Shown here: in pieces, positions 9,079 through 18,496 of the stretch
How the letters are laid out: each line of letters begins with the position of its first letter
Position numbering within the stretch: position 1 is the stretch's first letter
Source of the DNA: an uncultured Eubacteriales bacterium
GTDB lineage: Bacteria > Bacillota_I > Bacilli_A > RF39 > UBA660
Length of the DNA stretch: 64,000 nt
Direction of reading: 5' to 3'
NCBI GenBank assembly: GCA_900319955.1
Contig: ONQM01000006.1
Coordinates: 718 to 64,717, forward strand
Notes under the pieces: model-generated
What the model was told of the DNA's origin: nothing
The model's input: the letters and a program-made list of their open reading frames with translations, nothing else
Database searches by the model: none
Made by a program: the position numbers and the translations under genes

Positions 9079-10110
9079 TTGAATGGGGGATTTAATATGA
9101 AAAATAAGATTTTAACTATTTTATTTGCTACTTTACTTACAGTAGCATTTATTCCAACTTATGTTTTTGCAGAAGATGGTACTAAGAGTGTACCAAATAC
9201 AATTAATTTAACTAGTTCAACAGGAGTTCCAGGATACATTACAAATGAGGCAGATGGTAATAAAACTATTACATTCGGAACTAAAACAATGAAAGATGGA
9301 ACACTTGTATACTGCCTTGATTATGCTAAACAAACAACAGTAAATACAACGGCAACATTAAAGAAAGAAATGGATGCTGGTATGGCATATTTAATGCAAA
9401 ATGGATATCCAAATAAATCATTTACTGGTAATAAAAATATTGATTATTATATTACCCAAGTTGCAGTTTATTGGTATCTAGATGAAACAACAGGATCTAA
9501 AAACTTAACAGATAGTTTTAAAACTACAGATAGTGATCCTAAAAATTTAAGACCAACTATTAAAAAATTAGTTGATGATGCAGTAGCTGCTAACAAGAAA
9601 GGCTATGTTGATCCTACACTTTCTCTAAGTGTAAGTAATAGTAACCTAACACTTAATAGTGATAATACTTATTTTATAAGTGATGAAATTAATGCAAATG
9701 CAAATAATAGTTATACAGTAACACTTGATGGTGCTCCAGAAGAATCATTTGTTGCGGACATTAATGGAAACAAGAAAGATACATTTAATGCAGGAGAAAA
9801 CTTTAAAGTTTATGTTCCTGTAAATAAAGATGGTGGTGCTGATGCTTCATTTAAAGTAAATGCAGTATCAACTGGAACTATTTATAAAGTATATCAGTAT
9901 GATCCAGCAGACTCAAGAGAGCAATCTCTAGTAACACCTATTCTTTATCCAGAAAGTAAAACAGTAAATGGAAATGTAGTACTTTCACTTACATATCCAA
10001 AAGTTGTTGTTCCAGATACATCATCATCAAGTATAATTTTCTACATAATTGGTGCTTTACTTATATCCTCAGGAATAGTTTTAACAGCACGTTATGCTAA
10101 GAATAAATAA
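9079..10110 (+). CDS. cell-surface protein with thioester-domain (TQXA) motifs, a signal peptide and a C-terminal sorting-signal-like tail
   Basis: The signal peptide is ILTILFATLLTVAFIPTYVFA. The Cys motif VYCLDYAKQ and Gln motif YYITQVAVYW match the thioester-domain Cys/Gln pair. The C-terminus is YPKVVVPDTSSSS, then a hydrophobic helix, then RYAKNK. Confidence 0.65.
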   Translation: MNGGFNMKNKILTILFATLLTVAFIPTYVFAEDGTKSVPNTINLTSSTGVPGYITNEADGNKTITFGTKTMKDGTLVYCLDYAKQTTVNTTATLKKEMDAGMAYLMQNGYPNKSFTGNKNIDYYITQVAVYWYLDETTGSKNLTDSFKTTDSDPKNLRPTIKKLVDDAVAANKKGYVDPTLSLSVSNSNLTLNSDNTYFISDEINANANNSYTVTLDGAPEESFVADINGNKKDTFNAGENFKVYVPVNKDGGADASFKVNAVSTGTIYKVYQYDPADSREQSLVTPILYPESKTVNGNVVLSLTYPKVVVPDTSSSSIIFYIIGALLISSGIVLTARYAKNK

Positions 10111-10768
10111 TAGAAAAAGAAAAGAGGACGGAAGTAAAGTTACTATAGTAATTACTATATTAATTTTACTTGGAAGTTTTCTTTTTTCATATAATTATAT
10201 AGAGGAGAAGAAAACATTAGTATATGACTTTAAGACTGATAAAGAAGAACAAGAAGAAGAGATTAAACCAGATGAAGCTATAGAAAAAAAAGAAGAACCT
10301 GTAGAAGAAGTAAAACAAGATTCTTCTCAAAAAAGTGTTAAAACATATGCTCCAACATATGATTATATAGGGTATCTTGAAATACCCAAAATAAGTTTAA
10401 AAAGAGGATTTGTAAGTATTGATTCAAAATATAATAATGTAGAAAGAAACATATATATAGTTAACGGTTCTAACTATCCAGATACAGAAAATGGAAACTT
10501 CATAATAGCAGGACATTCAGGAACTGGTTGGAAGGCATTTTTTAAAAATTTATATAAATTAAATGTTGGTGATGAAGCTATTGTTACATATAATGGTGTT
10601 AAATATACTTATAGAATAGCAAACATTTATAATCAAAAGAAAACAGGTAGTGTTGGAATTTATAGAGATTATAATAAAAAGACACTAACACTTATTACAT
10701 GTACTAAGGATAGTAAAGATGCTCAGACAATTTACATTGCATATATAGAAAGTGAGACAAACATTTAG
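10094..10768 (+). CDS. sortase-family transpeptidase, atypical in that no Arg follows the catalytic Cys
   Basis: There is an N-terminal TM segment. The His motif is IIAGHSG and the Cys motif is TLITCTKD. The ORF overlaps its putative substrate gene by 17 nt. Confidence 0.75.
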   Translation: MLRINNRKRKEDGSKVTIVITILILLGSFLFSYNYIEEKKTLVYDFKTDKEEQEEEIKPDEAIEKKEEPVEEVKQDSSQKSVKTYAPTYDYIGYLEIPKISLKRGFVSIDSKYNNVERNIYIVNGSNYPDTENGNFIIAGHSGTGWKAFFKNLYKLNVGDEAIVTYNGVKYTYRIANIYNQKKTGSVGIYRDYNKKTLTLITCTKDSKDAQTIYIAYIESETNI

Positions 10769-10786
10769 AAAGGGGGGAAAATAATT

Positions 10787-11680
10787 ATGACAACAATTTC
10801 TATGCTTGATAAATTAAAAACAGTTTTTACTTTATCAGATAATATATTTAACATTGTCATAATTGCATTTTTAGCATTTATTAGTTTTCTTTTCATAACA
10901 ACCAATAAGAATAATGCTAAAGATAGTCGTAAAGCATATATAGCATTATATGCAATACTTTTTGCAGTTATTTTAATAAGATATTATGATTCAATCCCAA
11001 TAATGTTTGATTATTTTATGGATAATGTATTTAGTGTAATATACTTTCCAAATATAGCAGTATATATTGGTGCAATAATATTTGCAAACATAATAATGCT
11101 GATAAGCATATTTTCAAGTAAAACACATAAATATATAAAGCCTATTAATGTTATTGTTACAAGCACTCTTGATTATATATTTATATTATTTATAAATTTA
11201 GTTAATAATAAAAAGATAGATGTATTTAATATAGATGATTTATATAGTAGCAAAGATATTCATAGTCTAATAGAACTTTCTAGTAACATATTTATATTAT
11301 GGTTATCATTTTTAATAATATTTAAAATAGTTTCTTTAATAATAGACAAGAAAAATGAAAAGGAAGTAACAAATATTACTGTTGAACATATTGGAGAAAG
11401 AAAAGAAGAAAATAAAAAATCCATAAATGTTCCAGACAGTATTATTTTAACCCATACACCATTAATAATAAAAAGAGAAGAGGCACCTATTAAACCTAAA
11501 GAAGATACAAGTATGTATGATGGTATGTTTACAGTAGATGATTATAAAACAGTACTTGAAATACTAAAAGAAAATAAAAATAAGAAAAAGGAAGAGAAAA
11601 ATAACTATAATGTAAAAATAACTGAGACACCTAAAAAGTATAAAGAAGATGTAAAAGATCTTCTAAGTTTATATAAATAG
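10787..11680 (+). CDS. polytopic membrane protein of unknown function with a Lys/Glu-rich cytoplasmic tail
   Basis: About 6 hydrophobic helices are followed by a charged C-terminal region. It is the next gene after the sortase in the operon. Confidence 0.5.
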   Translation: MTTISMLDKLKTVFTLSDNIFNIVIIAFLAFISFLFITTNKNNAKDSRKAYIALYAILFAVILIRYYDSIPIMFDYFMDNVFSVIYFPNIAVYIGAIIFANIIMLISIFSSKTHKYIKPINVIVTSTLDYIFILFINLVNNKKIDVFNIDDLYSSKDIHSLIELSSNIFILWLSFLIIFKIVSLIIDKKNEKEVTNITVEHIGERKEENKKSINVPDSIILTHTPLIIKREEAPIKPKEDTSMYDGMFTVDDYKTVLEILKENKNKKKEEKNNYNVKITETPKKYKEDVKDLLSLYK

Positions 11681-11707
11681 AGTCATAGTAATTGACTCTA
11701 TTTTATT
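11680..11707 (+). terminator. rho-independent terminator
   Basis: The hairpin is gagtca-tagtaat-tgactc, followed by tatttta. Confidence 0.45.
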
Positions 11708-11731
11708 GTATAATAATTATGGTGATGATAG

Positions 11732-12109
11732 ATGAATAAAAAAGAGGTAATAAAAAAAATAAATGCATCAGGTCTTGATAAGACAAAAATAATAATTCTT
11801 TCAGGAGCATCACTTGTACTTCAAGGTGTAGTAGAAAAGTGTCATGATATAGACCTTTCATGTGAGAAAAACTACTATGATTCTTTAAACTGGAAAGAAG
11901 AAAGAAACAAACTTGGAAACTATATAAAAACAAATGATGTATTTGAAATAGGACCTAATCTATTTGATATTAAAAATACAAAAGTAGTTGAAGGCTATCA
12001 TGTTGCAAACTTAGAAAGTTGTCTTAAATTTAAAAAATATATGAATAGAGAAAAAGATCAGGAAGCAATTAAAAGACTTGAAAAGATTCTAGGTGATAAA
12101 AGGTGCTAG
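11732..12109 (+). CDS. small nucleotidyltransferase-fold protein (Pol-beta-like NTase; compare the Lnu/ANT family core)
   Basis: LSGASLVLQGVVEKCHDIDLSC matches the G[SG]..x(9-12)D.D NTase signature. Its stop overlaps the SDR start. Confidence 0.45.
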   Translation: MNKKEVIKKINASGLDKTKIIILSGASLVLQGVVEKCHDIDLSCEKNYYDSLNWKEERNKLGNYIKTNDVFEIGPNLFDIKNTKVVEGYHVANLESCLKFKKYMNREKDQEAIKRLEKILGDKRC

Positions 12110-12870
12110 CATTAATAACAGGTGCATCTTCTGGAATAGGAAGAGATATATCTAAAGTTCTTGCAAGTAAGAAATATGATGTTATACTTGTTGCAAGATC
12201 TAAAGAAAGATTAAATGATACAAAAAAAGAAATAGAAGATAAGTATAAAGTAAGTGCTTATGTTTATGTATGTGATCTAACAGATAGATCTAAAGTATTT
12301 AATTTGCATGATGATATAATAAAAAGATTTAAAAAGATAGATATACTTGTAAATGATGCAGGATTTGGACTATTTGGAGAGTTTACCAAAACTGATATAA
12401 ATAAAGAACTAGATATGATAGATACAAATATAACTGCACTTCATATTCTAACAAAATTATTTCTAGAAGATATGGTGAAAGAAAATAGTGGACATATACT
12501 TAATATTGCATCAATCGCAGGCTTTATGCCAGGACCATTAATGTCAACATACTATGCTACTAAATCATATGTTGTAAGACTTTCAGAATCAATAAGACAT
12601 GAACTCATTATGAAAGGATCACGTGTTAAAATATCACTTCTTTGTCCAGGCCCAGTTGCAACAAACTTTAATAAAACAGCAAATGTAAGATTTAACCTTA
12701 TAGAAGAAGATAGTATGATACTTGCAAAATACACAGTTGATAAGATGGAACATGGAGTATTCTATATATATTCTAACTTATTTATTTTTATCTCAATTGT
12801 ATTTGCAAAATTACTTCCAAGTGAGGTTATGGCATCAATTACATATTTTATGCAAAGAAAAAAGAAATAA
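12103..12870 (+). CDS. short-chain dehydrogenase/reductase (SDR)
   Basis: ITGASSGIG is the Rossmann motif. The S...Y..K catalytic pattern appears as IAS...YYATK. Confidence 0.85.
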   Translation: MLALITGASSGIGRDISKVLASKKYDVILVARSKERLNDTKKEIEDKYKVSAYVYVCDLTDRSKVFNLHDDIIKRFKKIDILVNDAGFGLFGEFTKTDINKELDMIDTNITALHILTKLFLEDMVKENSGHILNIASIAGFMPGPLMSTYYATKSYVVRLSESIRHELIMKGSRVKISLLCPGPVATNFNKTANVRFNLIEEDSMILAKYTVDKMEHGVFYIYSNLFIFISIVFAKLLPSEVMASITYFMQRKKK

Positions 12871-12908
12871 AAATATTTTAATATAATATATATTGACAGG
12901 TTGCTTAG

Positions 12909-13364
12909 ATGGATAAAAGATTTAAAAAATATAAGAAAATAAAAAGAGCTAAATTTAATAGAAAAGCATTAGATTTTGTTCCAGGAAAAATACTAAAACT
13001 TGATTCACATAAAAGTGAACTAATAGAAAGTAACTATGGTAGAATAAATGGTTATTCTATGAAAGAGTCTTATAACATTAATGATTTATATGTTGGATTA
13101 ATTAACGATTTAGATTATAAAAATACTAATTGTAATTTAAATGGAAGATATATATTTTATAAGACAGATAAAACACTCTATGTAGATGATTATAAAATAA
13201 CTCCACTAGAAATATTAGTCCCAGTATATATAGAAGTTTTTACTGGCACTAAATGTTATACAGATGACACAGAGTACTGGTTAAATGAAGAAGCACCATA
13301 TGATAATTTTGAAAATATTACACTAAAACCAATTATTAATGAAGATGAAGTATATGACTATTAA
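12909..13364 (+). CDS. hypothetical protein
   Basis: ORF only. It has a basic N-terminus and no recognisable family. Confidence 0.35.
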   Translation: MDKRFKKYKKIKRAKFNRKALDFVPGKILKLDSHKSELIESNYGRINGYSMKESYNINDLYVGLINDLDYKNTNCNLNGRYIFYKTDKTLYVDDYKITPLEILVPVYIEVFTGTKCYTDDTEYWLNEEAPYDNFENITLKPIINEDEVYDY

Positions 13365-13659
13365 ATGATAATACTTATTAAGTGTGAGGAGGTAAATAAT
13401 GGAGAAACAGTGTGAAAATGATTTATTCTTCCTTTGCAGTTTTATAGAATATATTTCAAGAAAAACAAATAATGAGAAAAAATATGTTGTAAATAAAATA
13501 GGAAAAGAGAAATTAAAAAAATATATGATTTAGCAGAAGTATAACATTCTGAGAATATAGAAAAAGAATATCTTAAACATGGGATAACCTTGATGATATA
13601 AATAATATAATATAGAAAAAACTATTAAAAATATGTTATTATAAATATGGTGATTTTAA

Positions 13660-14499
13660 TTGAAAGATAATGTAAAAAATATAAGAGTAAGAGCGAAAGC
13701 TATTGGAAAAGCTTATGAAAAAATAATTAATAATATTAGTTATGATAATGTTATAGAAGAAAATGATCTAAAATATAGTAGGTATGATAGTAATATACTT
13801 GATGTATATAAACCTAATAAAGCAAAAAAATCTATTATTCTATATATCCATGGTGGTGGATGGATAAGTCTTGATAAAAACCTATATAAACCAATACTTT
13901 TATTTTTAGCAAATAATGGATATATGGTATTTAATATAAATTATAGACTTGCGCCAGAACATACAGTTGATGATATGGAAGAAGATATTTTAAATGCTAT
14001 ATCATATGCAATAAATTATTCTAAAAGAGATAAAGTTTACTTAATGGGTGATTCTGCAGGAGCACATCTAGCAAGTTTAGTTACAAACAAATTATTACTT
14101 GATAAATATAAAGATAATCATTTAAAAAAGTATATTATAGGTAATTTGCTTTTCTATGGAGTGTTTGACCTAACTAATGTTCGTGATACACATTTTCATG
14201 ATATAGATACGTACCTTTCTAGTATTGTAAAGAAAGATGAAGATAAAATTAAATATAGTCCAGTAACTTATATAAATAAGAATATACCAAGGGTATTTAT
14301 ATCAAGTGGTGAAGTAGATAAATTAAATGTTGAATCAAAAGAATATTATAACTTACTTAAGAAATATGATATAGAAGTAGAAGCATTAATATTTCCTAAA
14401 ACAACACTTTCTGCACATCATTCATTTTTAAATTACTATACATCATATGCATGTAGGGAAAGTATGAAAGCACTTCTAAACTTTTTGAATAAAGAATGA
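13660..14499 (+). CDS. alpha/beta-hydrolase fold-3 esterase/lipase
   Basis: HGGGW is the oxyanion motif, and GDSAGAHLA is the nucleophile elbow. Confidence 0.75.
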   Translation: MKDNVKNIRVRAKAIGKAYEKIINNISYDNVIEENDLKYSRYDSNILDVYKPNKAKKSIILYIHGGGWISLDKNLYKPILLFLANNGYMVFNINYRLAPEHTVDDMEEDILNAISYAINYSKRDKVYLMGDSAGAHLASLVTNKLLLDKYKDNHLKKYIIGNLLFYGVFDLTNVRDTHFHDIDTYLSSIVKKDEDKIKYSPVTYINKNIPRVFISSGEVDKLNVESKEYYNLLKKYDIEVEALIFPKTTLSAHHSFLNYYTSYACRESMKALLNFLNKE

Positions 14500-14529
14500 T
14501 TATATACATAAAATAGTAATGGTGATTAT

Positions 14530-14973
14530 ATGAAAAAAATAAATATAAAAAGTTTACTATTTTATCTAATAAGCACATTTGTAATAGGATGTTTATTTGT
14601 CCCTCTTACAAATAGTGATTTTTATAAAAGTATTAATAAACCATTTACACTTCCACCAGTAATATTTATTATAGTTTGGACGATACTTTATATACTTATG
14701 TCTATTTCTATATATAGAGTAAGAAATAATAAAACAAACAATATTTTATATTACATTAATATGGGATTAAATAGCATTTGGACATTAATATTCTTTGGAC
14801 TAAAGAATTTTCTTCTTTCATCAATTATACTTATATTAATACTTATAATTGTAATAATTATGTTCATAAGATACAGAAAAGAAGATAAAGTATCAAGTAA
14901 TTTGCTTATACCATATATAATTTGGCTTTTAATCGCTGGATTTTTAAATTTATCTATATATTTTATGAATTAA
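14530..14973 (+). CDS. tspO: TspO/MBR family tryptophan-rich sensory protein
   Basis: Five TM segments are present. INKPFTLPPVIFIIVWTILY is typical of TspO. Confidence 0.7.
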   Translation: MKKINIKSLLFYLISTFVIGCLFVPLTNSDFYKSINKPFTLPPVIFIIVWTILYILMSISIYRVRNNKTNNILYYINMGLNSIWTLIFFGLKNFLLSSIILILILIIVIIMFIRYRKEDKVSSNLLIPYIIWLLIAGFLNLSIYFMN

Positions 14974-15003
14974 ATGTTGTATACTAAATATAGGTGATGA
15001 TAA

Positions 15004-15408
15004 ATGAAAAAAGAAATTTCTTGTGGAGCATGTGTTTATGACAATGAAGGAAGAGTATTAATAATAAAGCATGTTTTAGGACATACTGATATTCCAAAAG
15101 GTCATATAGAAAAAGGTGAAACAAAAGAAGAAACTGCAATAAGAGAAATAAAGGAAGAAACAGGTATTGATATTGAACTTGATAAAAGAATAGAACCAAT
15201 CATGATTACCTATAGCCCTAAAAAAGAAATTACAAAAGATGTCTATTATTTCACAGGATATGCACTAAATGATAATATTAAAGTGCAGGAAGAAGAAGTT
15301 GAAAGTGCTAAATTTATAGATCCACTTAGGGCATTAAAAATATTGACATATGATAATGCAAAATCTGTTTTAAAATATTCACTTGATAAATTAAATAGTG
15401 TTAAGTAG
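15004..15408 (+). CDS. NUDIX hydrolase
   Basis: The Nudix box is GHIEKGETKEETAIREIKEETG. Confidence 0.85.
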   Translation: MKKEISCGACVYDNEGRVLIIKHVLGHTDIPKGHIEKGETKEETAIREIKEETGIDIELDKRIEPIMITYSPKKEITKDVYYFTGYALNDNIKVQEEEVESAKFIDPLRALKILTYDNAKSVLKYSLDKLNSVK

Positions 15409-15415
15409 GTGAAAT

Positions 15416-16084
15416 ATGAAAGGTAAATATATTGTAATTGAAGGTACAGATTCAAGTGGCAAGGAAACACAATCTAAACTTTTAGAAAAGAGACTAAAAG
15501 ATAAAGGGATTAAATGTATAAGATTTTCTTTTCCTATGTATGATACACCAACAGGCAAGATAGTTGAAGATTGCTATTTGGGAAAAAATACAAAAAGTTT
15601 GTTTACCGAAGGATCATCAAATGTTAATCCTTTTGTAGCATCTCTTTATTATGCTGCAGATAGAAAATATAATATGGAAAAAATAGAAAAATATTATAAT
15701 GATGGATACATCGTAATATTTGATCGATATACAACATCTAACTTGGCATATCAAGGAAGTAAGATAGAAAATGATGATGATAGATTTTATATGTATCAGT
15801 GGATTGATAGATTAGAATACTGGCTTTTAAAAATACCTAAACCTGATATAACAATATATCTTCATGTTCCAACTGAAATTACAATAGAACTTTTTAAATC
15901 AAGAAATAAATTAGATGACAATGAAAAAGATACATCTTACTTAGAAAAATCAGAAGAAGCATATATTGAACTTTCAAGACTTTATGGATGGGATACAGTT
16001 GAATGTACAGAAAAAGGAAAATTAAGAAGTATTAAAGCAATAAATGATGACATAATAAAAATTATAGAAAAAAAGAAGCTTTAA
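15416..16084 (+). CDS. thymidylate-kinase-family nucleotide kinase
   Basis: The P-loop is IEGTDSSGKETQ. The DRY-like FDRYTTSNLAYQG region matches Tmk DRF..SSLAYQG, and a lid region is present. Confidence 0.7.
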   Translation: MKGKYIVIEGTDSSGKETQSKLLEKRLKDKGIKCIRFSFPMYDTPTGKIVEDCYLGKNTKSLFTEGSSNVNPFVASLYYAADRKYNMEKIEKYYNDGYIVIFDRYTTSNLAYQGSKIENDDDRFYMYQWIDRLEYWLLKIPKPDITIYLHVPTEITIELFKSRNKLDDNEKDTSYLEKSEEAYIELSRLYGWDTVECTEKGKLRSIKAINDDIIKIIEKKKL

Positions 16085-16105
16085 ATTAAGCTTCTTTATT
16101 TTGCC
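16073..16105. terminator. bidirectional rho-independent terminator between the convergent tmk-like gene and pilB
   Basis: aagaagctt-taaatt-aagcttctt has T-runs on both sides. Confidence 0.55.
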
Positions 16106-18377
16106 TCTTGATTAAATCCATTATTACTTGTGTATTACTATTTGTACTTTGTGTTTTAATAGGATTTAGCTTATTTATTTCATTATCAACTTTATTAATA
16201 GTGTCTTTATTATTTGAATTATTAAATATATTTATCTTAGGTGGAGCAAGGGGAGGAGTTACTGTTTTAGAAGTATCAACTTTATTAATATTACTTGAAT
16301 TAATAGTAGGTATCTTAACATTATTAATAGGATTTACTTGCTTAACAATACTACTAGCTTCTATTTTTACTTGAGGTTTTAATGTAGCACCTGTATTTGC
16401 AGTACTATTAACATTTGGAGTAACTATCTTATTAGCATTGCTACCAGTTTCTACTTTTACTTGAGGGTTTAATGGAGTAACACCTACTTTATTATTAACG
16501 TTTATAGTATCTACTTTACTTGCATTATTTAAAGTTTGATTAGCAACTGGTTTTATAGTGCTTTGACTTACTTGAGGCGTTACAACTTGTCTTTGAACTG
16601 CACTAGTATTTTGTGTAGTACTTTTTACTTGTTGCTGTGTAGTTTTAGTACTATCTGACATAAGTGTTTTTGGAGTCTCTTTAACTACACTTTGATTATT
16701 TGAAGCAACACCAGGCTGAATTTGAGGAGCAGGTGCTTTAACGTTATTTATAGGCTTAGGAGCATTATTTTGTACATTTGTTTTTGAAATACTTCCGGTA
16801 ATAATTGGTTGTACTTTAGGCATATTTAAATCTTGCTTATTTAAAACTTGTACGTTTTGAGAGCTTACAGGTTTATTAGCACTTGGTGAAGAAACTTTAA
16901 TTATTTCTTCCTTTTGATTAGGTACAACCTTTTCTTTTATGTTTTCAGCTTCTTTTTCAGTAATTAAAGATTTAGCATCCTTCTTTATAACTTTATTATC
17001 ATTAGATATCTCATTTTTTGCAACTGTTCCAATTATTGATTTAGTATTAGGTGTAATAGTTGTTTTTGTATTATTATTTTTCTCTTCAACTTCTTTAACT
17101 TCGCTAGATTCAACTTTCTTTAAATCATCTTCATTTTCTTCAGCTTGTTTTTCAGTCATTCTTGCCATACAACTATCATCAATATCATTATCTATTTCAA
17201 TAACTCTATAAATCTCTTCAAAACTAGTTTCACCTTCAAGAACTTTATTAAGTCCATCTTGAAGAAGGGTAGTAACATTTCCAGTTCCATAAACAAGTTT
17301 TCTTAAATCATCTTTATTTGTATTTACTTCATTAATTGCAGCAGAAATTTCATCAGTTATTTCAAGAACTTCCTGAAGAGCAACACGTCCTTTATATCCA
17401 TGATTACATTCATTACAACCATTCTTATTGACGTCCCATATTTCATCGACATCTTTATTTAGTGCCAATTTAAAAACTTTCTTTTCATATGGAGTTGTTT
17501 TTCTTCTTGTTCTACATTTTTTACACAATGTTTTAGCAAGCCTTTGAGAAATAATTCCAGTAATAGCAGTTGATAGCAAATATTTTTCAACATTCATATC
17601 AAGTAAACGTTCAATAGTGGAAAGTGAGTTGTTAGTATGGATTGTAGATAAAACAAGGTGACCAGTAATAGCAGCACGTACTGCAATTTGAGCAGTTTCA
17701 GAATCACGAATCTCACCAATTAATATAACGTTTGGATCTTGTCTTAAAATAGATCTTAAAACAGTCGCAAAAGTAAGTCCAATCTCAGAGTTTACTTGTA
17801 CCTGATTTAATCCTTCAATATTCATCTCTATTGGATCCTCAACTGTAATAATGTTTGTATTTTCTTTATTAAGTACTTGAAGCATAGAGTATGTTGTTGT
17901 AGATTTACCAGAACCAGTAGCTCCTGTAACCAAAATAATTCCATTAGGAGCTGCAACCATTTTCTTTATCTTAACAAGGTTAGAAGGTGAAAAGCCTAAA
18001 TCTTCTAGTCCATTAAGACTTCTTGTATAATCAAGAATACGAATAACTATTTTTTCACCTTCATTTGTTGGAAGGCAAGAAGAACGCATATCAAGATTTT
18101 TACCACCAAAGTTACCTTTAATCGCACCATCTTGAGGAAGACGTGACTCAGTAATGTTCATACCAGACATAAGTTTTAATCTTGTAGTCAAATTTCTTTC
18201 ATAAGCTTTAGGAATAAATGCATAATCTGTTAAATCGCCATCTATTCTAAGTCTTACCATTAAACCGTTATCTCTAGGATCAAAGTGTATATCACTTGCA
18301 TTTTTTCTTGATGCTTCAATTATGATTGCATCTGCTATCTGTGTTATTGGCGTTTGTGCAAAGTTAAACGTAATCAT
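16086..18377 (-). CDS. pilB: type IV pilus assembly ATPase PilB/GspE family, with a C-terminal low-complexity extension of about 360 aa
   Basis: The Walker A is VTGATGSGKSTT. Asp box, Walker B and His box regions are present, as is a tetracysteine CKKC...CNEC motif. The ATPase core ends near residue 400. The remainder is T/V/N/Q/P/K-rich with degenerate repeats, for example PQVKVE and PQVKIE. Confidence 0.85.
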   Translation of the reverse strand: MITFNFAQTPITQIADAIIIEASRKNASDIHFDPRDNGLMVRLRIDGDLTDYAFIPKAYERNLTTRLKLMSGMNITESRLPQDGAIKGNFGGKNLDMRSSCLPTNEGEKIVIRILDYTRSLNGLEDLGFSPSNLVKIKKMVAAPNGIILVTGATGSGKSTTTYSMLQVLNKENTNIITVEDPIEMNIEGLNQVQVNSEIGLTFATVLRSILRQDPNVILIGEIRDSETAQIAVRAAITGHLVLSTIHTNNSLSTIERLLDMNVEKYLLSTAITGIISQRLAKTLCKKCRTRRKTTPYEKKVFKLALNKDVDEIWDVNKNGCNECNHGYKGRVALQEVLEITDEISAAINEVNTNKDDLRKLVYGTGNVTTLLQDGLNKVLEGETSFEEIYRVIEIDNDIDDSCMARMTEKQAEENEDDLKKVESSEVKEVEEKNNNTKTTITPNTKSIIGTVAKNEISNDNKVIKKDAKSLITEKEAENIKEKVVPNQKEEIIKVSSPSANKPVSSQNVQVLNKQDLNMPKVQPIITGSISKTNVQNNAPKPINNVKAPAPQIQPGVASNNQSVVKETPKTLMSDSTKTTQQQVKSTTQNTSAVQRQVVTPQVSQSTIKPVANQTLNNASKVDTINVNNKVGVTPLNPQVKVETGSNANKIVTPNVNSTANTGATLKPQVKIEASSIVKQVNPINNVKIPTINSSNINKVDTSKTVTPPLAPPKINIFNNSNNKDTINKVDNEINKLNPIKTQSTNSNTQVIMDLIKRQNKEA

Positions 18378-18496
18378 ATAAGCATCTCCCTCTTTTATTC
18401 TTTTTATTCTTTTTATTCTTTACTTTTCTAAAACCCTAGACTATAATGTAATTATATAATAAAGAGAAGTTTATTACAAGTAAGAAAAGGTGTTTT

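Noticed and set aside
13380-13660. Short ORF fragments (for example the 45-aa MEKQCENDLFFLCSFIEYISRK...) in the gap before the esterase gene
   Set aside because: They are too short and interrupted to call. They may be debris of a small gene. I could not match them confidently to a family.
16108-17211. Plus-strand ORFs (16108-16374 and 16939-17211) inside the pilB tail region
   Set aside because: They are antisense to the pilB low-complexity tail. They are hydrophobic and repetitive artefacts of the opposite frame.
18385-18425. Possible CRISPR or other array
   Set aside because: It is only 3-4 copies of a 9-mer with no spacers. It is better described as a simple tandem repeat. I saw no CRISPR-like repeat-spacer structure anywhere in the window.
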